From assembly GCA_023515725.1 (NCBI GenBank), contig JALDTO010000246.1, positions 92,677 through 156,676 of the forward strand: a DNA stretch of 64,000 nucleotides, in the 5' to 3' direction. This DNA is from Amoeboaphelidium protococcarum X5. Lineage: Eukaryota > Fungi > Aphelidiomycota. Positions 55,054 to 64,000 of the stretch are shown piece after piece. Each line of letters starts with the position of its first letter. Positions within the stretch are counted from its first letter, which is position 1. The notes below the pieces were generated by a model. It was not told where the DNA came from. It did not search any database and saw nothing but the letters and a program-made list of their open reading frames with translations. The position numbers and the translations under genes are program-made.

Positions 55054-55941
55054 ATGAAGCTATTCGTGGGATTGAGAGCACACCGAAAGTCAGTCACATA
55101 AGATGAGGATTCACTGCGAAAGATTGTTTCAAAAGTGGAGAGTTGTGTACAGCATTTATCAGATGTCTTTGTACAGTTGAAAGATCATGTTTAAAATGTG
55201 CTGTTATATATAGCAATTGATGGAGCAGATTTAAAACTTTATGAAGCTCTATCCACGATGAATACATCCGCCGGAATACAATGTACTGTGATCAAAGTCT
55301 TGCCATTTGAAAGTAGTGTATTCACTCCGGCTTTAAATCAGCTGCTCAATCGCGCACTGACACTGTAATGTTAACTGATCTATTATTAAAGTTTAGAAGT
55401 TGAAATCACACCCCGTGGCCTGTTGCAACTCATCAACTGCATATAGGAAGACAGTAATGTTCTCTGCTGTGGTGCGGCCCTAAGCGGCCATGAATATCTC
55501 GATTCAGTAGGATCAACTCATAACGTACAATTCAAGGGAACCACCATACCATGGAATACTTGCTGCGTGTGGAATGTTGCGAAATTAGGAATTACCGGCT
55601 TTCTGCCCGTCTCTGATGGTCATCTCTAGGTGTTGCAATGTAGTTAACAAGGCGACAATAACACGCTGCAACAATTGTCCAGTGAGCGATTAATAGGAAT
55701 GGGCGGTATAGAAGAAGGTAGTGTTATTGCTGTGCACCATCGCCTAAATCAATCAATAGCCGTTCTGAAGAATTTGGCGCCGACTGACGTTTCATGGAAC
55801 ACTGGGAGTTTTGGCTCTGATTAGACTCGCGTAAAGTATCACCAAGACAAGATGGCAAGTAAAAACGAACGTCTTAGAATCCATTTGAATGTCCTAGGCA
55901 TAAGCGAAGACTAATTATACAACGCTGTTAGACACTAATGA
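55054..55941 (+). CDS. conserved-looking hypothetical protein, possible GT-A-like fold
   Basis: 295-aa open frame; motifs FTPALN, SLE, GHE, GTTIPWNT, GF...DG, GGIEE, HQDKMASK. Confidence 0.65.
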
Positions 55942-56005
55942 TAGAATAAATCAAGCGATAGTGAGCTAAAGAACGATTGAGTATGAAAATTGTAAGAGTA
56001 TTCAT

Positions 56006-56833
56006 TTACATCAATGAGCAAATCGAATCATCACTCCATCTGTCTAACCCTCCATTTTTACGCCTGATTTGTTCAATTAATCTGTAATCTTCAGGACATA
56101 TAGTTCCCATCAGTGGCATCTTTGTCCACAACGACTATGCCCTCCGCGAATGGAAATAGTAATCTTGAGTTGCATCGTGTCTGTGGATTATTTTGATCTG
56201 CTCATCGGTTTCCATATCGATTTGAGACGCGTTAGTTACACCTCTGACTTTATTAAGGATGGGCAGCGATGTGGCGGGATGACACTTGAGAAATCCACTA
56301 ACATTGTAAACTTTATCTCTTACAATTAGCCAGCAAGAATGTTCATGATTATGAGTAGCAATTTCTTTCAAAAATAACTGCTAATTTACAATAATAGAAT
56401 CAGCATTAGATGAGATTTTATTAAATAGAGGTAATCGCCATTACATTTTATTATTATGAGCGGCAGTAGATCTTTAATTAAAGTCAACAGATTTGGAATA
56501 CTCTTTACGATCCAGCACTGAGTCATTCCGCCTTTAAATCGGTAATAGCTACATCTAGCGCTATGTATGTGGTGCTTATTCATCTGGCTTATGCAAAGAC
56601 ACCGAGTCAGCGGTCTGATTCTTGGTTGACAACGTCGGAGCTGATTAAGATGCGACTTGCGAATGGATACACAAACAGTCTCTCGGATGGGATATGAGTG
56701 GACAATCCGCAAATCTTTTCACATCATTGGATAGTTATCTCGAGCATCGCCGGTTGGAATCAGTTTACGCAAAACTTTTATTATTATTACTACTGAGCCG
56801 CCTACTGGGCAAATCTTCAATATCCTCAATCAT
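56006..56833 (-). CDS. cytochrome b5-like heme-binding domain protein with C-terminal CAAX (CSLM), apparently ending at TAA
   Basis: EIATHN...CWLIVRDKVYNVSGFLKCHP...DATQDYYFHS..A..LW; the frame reaches ICSLM-TAA at 56006-56008. Confidence 0.8.
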
Positions 56834-57310
56834 GACTTAATGTCTTTAAAAGTGTGCGAATAAAAGAAACGCTCAAGCGAAAATCATTGCGTCGAATTGA
56901 TCGAAGCCAAGATAATTCCGTTTAAATGTTGTGGTCCATTCATGTTTTCAATGATCTGGGATCACTAACTTGAATGCGTTTATCACGTCATTTATCGCAT
57001 TCAGTTTTTAAAGCTTTACACGATTCATTAGTTAGTTGTGCAGTAAAATTAATATTAATTTCTCCCCACATGATGTATATAAAAAGTTACGTTTCACTGG
57101 CTATGGCCCATTTACTTCTGTTGGACGTGAATTTAGTCACTCTGTACACCCAAATCACATTATTTATGGACTAATGACGAATTAGAAAAATGCTTCTTTA
57201 TTTCTGTTTTAAGCAGAAGGTATCTTTGAGTTTCATAATCAACCACACGTCTATTCAGTTTCTCGCTTGTTTTTGAACGCCTCTTCCCACATTTTGATCA
57301 GTTGAACATA

Positions 57311-58012
57311 ATGTCAACATCTATTACTTTAGTTTTATCAGTTCTAGTGCTATCGTTGCTGTTACTGCTGTATCCTTTTGTTTTAATACTGCTTTATGCA
57401 GTCAAAAATGGTCACAATGCCTTAGCAATATGGAATTATACCTCTGTCACGTTGAATCGCTATTATCCACGCGTCATTATAGGTGGTATAAGTGCGTTTC
57501 TTCGAATGTGGTTCCGCTTAAGAAAAGATCTGTTTGAAAGCGATGTACACTGCGTATAGTCTGTCATATTCAGTCGCGTTCTTCTGGTGAATGCGAATCC
57601 CTATTCCAAGTCGGCAATGATGTTTGTCACGCGACTGCAATACGATCAGTCGACTGAAACTGGTAATTGTCATGTTGTGCTCCGTGCTCTGCCCGCTGAC
57701 GTGTCATCCAGTATTGGTAATCCGTTCAAAAGTGTCCATGCCGCGTGTATCGCGTTATTGGGTGAAACTTGTTGTGGATTGGCCTTATTTACCACTCTGA
57801 ATAGGAAGTCTCGCTGCATAGTCAGTCAACTCAACATTGAGTACTATGCCAAATCGAGAGGTATTGTTCATGCGGATTGCTCCGTGAAAAAATCGCATCA
57901 AAGTGGACAGTTGGAAGTTGTTAGCGTTATTACATCGTAATCTCAGGGAAGTGATGTTCAACAAAAGGTTGCTAAATGTACAACTGTATGGGAGTTGAAG
58001 GTTGACTAATGA
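57311..58012 (+). CDS. hotdog-fold thioesterase-like protein (DUF4442/PaaI-like) with N-terminal hydrophobic segment
   Basis: NPYS, NPFKSVHAACIALLGETCCGLA, LNIEYYAKSRG. Confidence 0.8.
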
Positions 58013-58164
58013 CTTCCTGACTATATAATGTAGATCGTTTCTCCTACCATCACTATCCAATACTAATTCAAATTTGGTCAACTGTGCAAAGTAAAACATT
58101 AGCAATTATTAATCACGGCATTTCAATTCCTAAGTCACTCATTATTACTTTAACTATCAGTAAA

Positions 58165-59847
58165 TCAATGTTTAGCCTTCTTCTTGGCAGGACTCTGGCC
58201 ATCGACTTCTGCAGAGTGGCCATTAGCAAATTAACTCTCAGTCACTCCTTTACCCATAGCGGCAGTGGAAGCCACACCTCCCTGCACCACCTTGATCATC
58301 TCATCGTAGTAGTTGGCGCCACTCCATTTCTAGTGCTGCAAAGTCTCAACTCCATTCTCACGCTCCTTACGCTAAATACCTTCCACGTAGGCCAACATAC
58401 CGCGCTTAGCATAGTCTCTTGCAAACAGATCCACACCCAGAGCATTAGAGTGGAATCCACCCAAAGTGATAAACTGCCACACAATTCCCAGCTTACCCAG
58501 ATCCTTAATGAATGTCTCAATCTGCTGATCATTCATACCGGCAGCATCCCAATTAAAAGATGGAGACAGATTGTACGCCAACATCTTGTGAGGATTCTTG
58601 GCCAGGACTCCAGCAGAAAACTCTTGTGCCTGCTCAAAAATTGGCTTCTTGGTCTCCATCCACAGCAAGTCTCCATACGGTGCAAATGCATTAGCACGGT
58701 TAATGGCACACTTGGTACTTCCCTGGTAGCGATAGTATCCCTCACGAGTGCGCGGAGTGTCCCAGTTCCACTACACTTCGACATTCAGCAAAGACTTGGC
58801 TAATTTACGAGCATCAGCATTAGATAAGCCAGCCGATTACGTGTTCCATTTAGTGATCAAATCATTCACATTAGCCTGCTTGCTCTACTTGGCAGCCTCA
58901 ACCACAGCCTCGCCAAAAGTCTTCAGACCAGCCTACTCAATCCACCTGTCTTCAACAGCCTACAAGTCAGCACCAGACTTTCCCTGCTATTCAGCCTCAT
59001 TCATCACCTGGACCAGAGAAGGCAATTGTGTGTTGGTTGCACCAATAATAAATGCGTGATCACGATAGTCAATGTTTGAAGTCAACAACGTGGCAGCCTC
59101 AGAGTCAGTTCTTGCAACCAGAATAGTCTCAACACCCATCACATCCAACTACAGACGCATAGCCACCAGACGATTGATGTGCTCAGAGATTGGGACCAAT
59201 ACTTTACCAGCCATGTGACCACACTTCTTGGTGCCAGCAGCCTGATCCTCGATGTGCATACCAGAGGCACCACGCTCCACCATCATCTTGGCCAACTTCA
59301 TATTAGCAGTGATACCACCATGACCAGTATCTGCATCGGCAACAATAGGACGCAGGAAATCAATCGGCTACTGCTTGGCTCTCTCCTCCTTACTCAGAGA
59401 CATGCGATCTTGAAACTGCTTGCGGTCATGAAACTACTGAGCCAGCCACAGATGTTCAACCTTGTTTGGCACAGTATCCATAGGATAGTCCGCCAAATCT
59501 GGGCCAGGCTCATTGGAAGTAGATGCAGTGGATGAACACTACCAACCACTGACATACACAGTTTCAATGTACTTGGCCATCTGAGCAACTTGGATAGGAT
59601 CCAACGCACCAAAAGTATGACTTGCAGTCTTGTTAGCATGATGCTACTTCAATAAGGACCACAGCTTCTTTGCCTAAGTGTTGGATGCATACTCCTGCTT
59701 AAATGTGCCTCTCAACTTGGCCACCTAATCTGCAGTATACGGACGCCTGATACCCTTGAATCTATCAGATTCCCACCACTTTTTAATCTGAGCAACCTGA
59801 TCATGGAAAGCCTTCTCCTCCTACTCAACGTACTTATTAGTAGCCAT
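58165..59847 (-). CDS. ICL1: isocitrate lyase
   Basis: [51 protein letters not shown]. Confidence 0.98.
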
Positions 59848-60396
59848 TCTTGAAAACTCACTTAATGGATAAAAGATAGAGTGATGTTATATCTTGAAAA
59901 TACCAAATGGAGTAGATATTGTACTGTTGTTGTAACAAGGAAAGAAGAGAAGGTCGGTCGGGATTCTGTCAGTTTCAGTTCAGTTTCAACGGCCAAAGGG
60001 AAAGTTGTTGATCGCGCGGCGAGAGATTGGCCGACGACGACGTTCTCTCGGCACTGGATCAACTGGTTTCTTCAATTCGTCAAATTCATACGGCTATATC
60101 ACGCAGCGTGAGAGTTTTGTGAGTCATTTGTTTCACTTGAATTTAAGGCCATTTAGTGATCTAGCAAAGTTCTGTCAACAGAAAGACATTCTAATATATG
60201 TCGGTTAATCATCACGCGTGTTTATGCAAAACTCTCTAGATTATGAAAGTAGTTGTTGACTAGCTTAAGTACTCTGGAGACGAATTATTAAGCCTGATGT
60301 TAAGCGTATAAAAGGCATTTATTTTGCACATTTTAACTTACTGCAATTAAGCATCAATAAAAAATTCATAAAACACGCTAATATCCAAATACATAA

Positions 60397-61037
60397 TCAT
60401 TCTTCAGTAGCATTACTAAGTGTTGTAGTGTCCTTATTTAAATTCCCATCTTTCACAATGCTAGATATTTTTACAGCAGGTGAAAATGACATTCCCAGGT
60501 TCTAAAGTACTCGATTGACACGTAGATCGAAATTCCAAGCATTGATGTACCGTCGCCCCTTAAATAGTGAGAGGAATCTGCTGATTGAGAAGAATGCATC
60601 CGGTGCCACATGGTCCTCAGCTCCACTCTACTAGGTCCATTTAGCAGAATTAATGACTGATGCAAACGTGGAAGTGGACGGAGTAGTCCTAGTAGACGGA
60701 CACGTAGGCCCAGTCCATAATATGATCAGGAGTAGAATGAAGGTGCAGATGAACATACAAGACTCGAAGGAATAGTCTTTTGATGGTGCAAAATATGGCC
60801 TTGTCCGCCTGTCAATATAAGAGTAGTATCCAAAATATATACAAGCGATTAAAGTCATAATCAGTAGACCTACAAATCATTAAATCGTTACTTAACTGAA
60901 TGCTTTTGACTCGAAATCTTACATTACCAATACTATTTCTACTGACGCAATAGTCTTTATTGATGCAATAGCCTCTATTCGAATATTCGTAAATCATTTA
61001 ATCTTTATTTTTATTTTATGGAGTATGTTAACGTCAT
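60397..61037 (-). CDS. Spo7/CNEP1R1-like regulatory subunit, two exons (intron 60870-60922)
   Basis: NDLRIFEQRLL...two TM segments...VNRVLQNLGMSF; a 53-bp GTAAG...TAG intron restores the frame. Confidence 0.65.
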
Positions 61038-61122
61038 TACGTAATTTTATATGCTGTAACTGGTTTTTTAAGTGGAAGAAGAGGATTTCTCTAACGAATC
61101 ACTGTTTATCACATCAAATGAG

Positions 61123-62055
61123 TCAAAAATAATCTTTGAATTACTCTAGGTGCGCCACCATCATCAGTTTCAAGTCGCGCCAGTATAAAGTTTAATTTCT
61201 AAGATATTGCGTATGTGACTCAATCAGCTCAACTTCATCAATATCCTCTCCCAGTTTAGGATTTCTCACACTGCACAAAGCCTCGCGCAAAACTTGTCTC
61301 CTAATTTCTTCTTTTGTACGAGGCTATGTTTACTATGAATTTTTCCTCTATCTATTGGCGATCTACTACTTAACGAGGTGTTTATAGTCCAACAGATTGC
61401 AATTGAGCATTTTCTCAAGGTCAGACTATATCTTATGAGCATAAGAACTTTATACAGACGCGACATAAGCGTCGATCAACTTGTAACAGCCGTCTAATTC
61501 TCGTCTAAGATCTTTCGCAACCATCTGCATGTCTTCACACCTGTTTTTGATTAGTATTTGCTTGGTATCCACAGACTAATTCGAGCTATATTATTACTTT
61601 CTGTCAACATGAGACTAATTGAATTTAATAAAGTTCCTCTAACTATCAAGGCGGTGAACATCGTTAATCAGTTTCAGCGAAGTGTTATCTTGATATTAGA
61701 AATTAAGTGCTCCTCCAGGTCGGCTCGGTAAGTTTTGTCGAGGGGACGCGTTTTACCGGGACGCCAATACAGCATGGGTCAATTCAAACAATATATCCAC
61801 CAACATCTCAACATGCTTTGGATCACCTCTTAGAATTGAATTAATATCTATATAACTTAAATCCTCTTTTAATAACATACTGAGCATATCCAGTTAGTTG
61901 CTCATTGCATACTCACTGACACTCTCAATATCAAAACTTGAATCTGTACCAGTGATACAGCATAATATATCGTATACTAAACCAATAGTACTCTCCCCCG
62001 AGTAACATAGTCCAAATAACTGACACAAATACTCCAGCTTCTACAAATAGCTCAT
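61123..62055 (-). CDS. hypothetical protein with a CEP95/DUF5745-like N-terminus and coiled coil
   Basis: 310-aa open frame; LSMLLKEDLSYIDINSILRGDPKHVEMLVDIL resembles the CEP95 N-terminal domain. Confidence 0.55.
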
Positions 62056-62109
62056 AATTTCATTCAAAAACTGAAACACTATGTCAGATATCAATTATAA
62101 GACAGAAGA

Positions 62110-62371
62110 AAATATATATATAGGTAAAGTTGAAACAATTGCAAAAGTTTTAGAGCGAGAGAACGATTTCTCTCCATCTCATCATGTGGGTTAATCGATC
62201 ATTGGTACACTTTAAAAAAGCTCCAGCAATCTTTTCATTGGGGTCCCCACATAGCCCCTTAATAGCAGAGTAACAGTATAGTACGAGCATAACGATAAGC
62301 AATTACAAAACACTTCTATGATTTAGTGATCAGATGTTAAGCAAGGCGCAATAGAGTCTCTTGCAAGACCT
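62110..62371 (-). ncRNA. candidate Fanzor2 omega-RNA region
   Basis: Directly 3' of the Fanzor2 stop; perfect 7-bp hairpin at 62157-62174 and long-range pair ATGTGGG (62184-62190) / CCCACAT (62246-62252). Confidence 0.4.
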
Positions 62372-64000
62372 TCATATGGACATCACGAACTCCTTGTATA
62401 GTGTCTAATCCGCTTAGTTCGCAGTAACCAATTTCACTTCTTCCTTAGAAAAACTTCGAGACATAACATTATATGATCCAACATTATCCCGATATGCACG
62501 AAAATCACCCAACATGAAGTACTCATCAGCACCAAGACATTTATGTAGCACATTCTGAAACGGATGTTGTTTCGACGTAAACTCCTCCGTTGTCACGAGC
62601 ACTTACTTTCCAGATCTAAATATATTAGCTTATGTCATTGCAATAAGTTTCATACGACACTTGTAATGGCTAAACGCCAATAGAGTCTTCCGCGTATTTT
62701 TATGGAGAATATGCCCAGAATTTTATTAACAACGCGAGTGTGTTACCAGTACATCGGCCGTATCACTTAGAACGGGAGGTAGATTCAAACGCTTTCTCCG
62801 TTTCTTCACCATCTTAATAGTCAGAAACTCGGGAAGAATGATTAGATCATAATGCCGCATCAAAAAGTTGCCAATTCGGTTATGCAAATTCGATACATAT
62901 GCAGAGAATTTGGTGTAAGCACGACTAATGCCAATATCAGTGGGAACAACATTATTCTTTGATTACTTCCATGTGTGCCATAATTCTTTCTTCTACGCTT
63001 TAAAGTCCTCCAGACTCAATTGTCCATTCTGTAAAGCAGCTGCGCGATTATCCATCTAATCTTTCAGAGACTATGCATTGGAAATTTATTCACTCTTATT
63101 CTTATAAAGCTACTTGAAATCAGGCGCAATCGCAATGAATGACCTGCGATCCAAATCGAAGACGGTCATGCTCACTCTAACACCTGGATCCACCGAGCAA
63201 GTGTTTCCAGTTTAACGGCAACGCGCATCACGGCGGCTTATAAATGATCTAGCACCTTCAAGATTCTCATCTGCATTATTCATATCTTGCAGTTGCTAGT
63301 AATACCAATCAGTGAATGGACCTTATATACAGGAGGCATCATACGAAACAATCACAAAGAACTTTTTTCTTCTTTTCACGAGCTTGAACTCTCTTCCTCT
63401 GCCATAGCCAAACTTGATGAAACGGGGCCAGTAGTCAATCTTGCCAGGCTCTTAGAATAGAGGATCTTTGGCATACAGTTTCCCAAAGCTCTTGAGGAAT
63501 GAAGGCAGTAGGCGGACGCGATTGCTATCTGGATCTACACGGGCATCTTACGCTTGAAACTGGAGCATCTGAAACTAATCATCATCTCTATTTGGCATAA
63601 AATTGTAGTCTTTGATATCACCCTTTGTATACTTCTCATGAGCCGCATAGTAATACGTGCGAGTCGCATTAATAATCTCATCTTGCACTGTAGATGGCAT
63701 TCGCATCCAACGCAATCTTGGGTCGTCATCAGGCACGCGGCACTTTTTGGCTTTGACTTAACTTAGCGCAACATGGTTCCTTGGCGCTTGTATTGACACC
63801 TTTTCTCCTTAATCTCTGGAATCATTCAAAATGTTAATGATGAAATTGACCATTTGAAACTTGAGATCCAGCCATACATTGAATTTGTGTATGAACTTCT
63901 TATCAGGGAATATATACGAATATTAATCGAGCGTGTCTGATCATACTGATTCAGTTCGGCAATCTCTCGCCGATTTTTCATCTTGCCGATTTTTGGTTTC
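62372..64000 (-). CDS. Fanzor2 (IS607-TnpB-like) RuvC nuclease; 5' end at or beyond the window edge, frameshift at ~63910-63916
   Basis: RSINIRI/FPDKK, RuvC-I CSVDPGVRVSMT, LHNRIGNFLMRHYDLIILPEFLT, FSHYKCR, RuvC-II TEEFTSK, RuvC-III YRDNVGSYNV. Confidence 0.88.

Noticed and set aside
58084-58803. 239-aa plus-strand ORF
   Set aside because: Antisense shadow of isocitrate lyase
61192-61194. TAA as an alternative end of the 61123-62055 gene
   Set aside because: An in-frame TGA follows 23 codons later, so it is not needed as evidence for UAA termination

Overview
This is gene-dense eukaryotic nuclear DNA from a fungus-related (holomycotan) organism with a non-standard genetic code. TAA and TAG encode Gln and TGA is the normal stop, so the supplied standard-code ORF track breaks nearly every gene into fragments. 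The code, the gene set (EF-1alpha with the opisthokont insertion, MET6, ICL1, ILV3, WASHC4, P2X, receptor-like kinases) and the rare 53-69 bp introns point, by inference, to an aphelid such as Amoeboaphelidium protococcarum. Re-translation gives about 35 genes or pseudogenes. Highlights: (1) an intact 771-aa Fanzor1 RNA-guided nuclease inside a transposase-free, TA-flanked element with imperfect 25-bp TIRs, whose right end folds into a candidate omega-RNA; (2) a Fanzor2 (IS607-TnpB-like) gene at the window end, with no Zn finger and a frameshift; (3) at least three genes that appear to terminate at TAA although TAA is Gln internally, suggesting context-dependent dual use of UAA; (4) tandem beta-propeller receptor kinases with a shared C-lobe truncation, a tandem pair of GRDP-like/Ubl fusions, a Crinkler-like REase pseudogene and a ~4 kb degenerate repeat island. 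All coordinates were derived by hand and product calls rest on motif recognition, not database searches.
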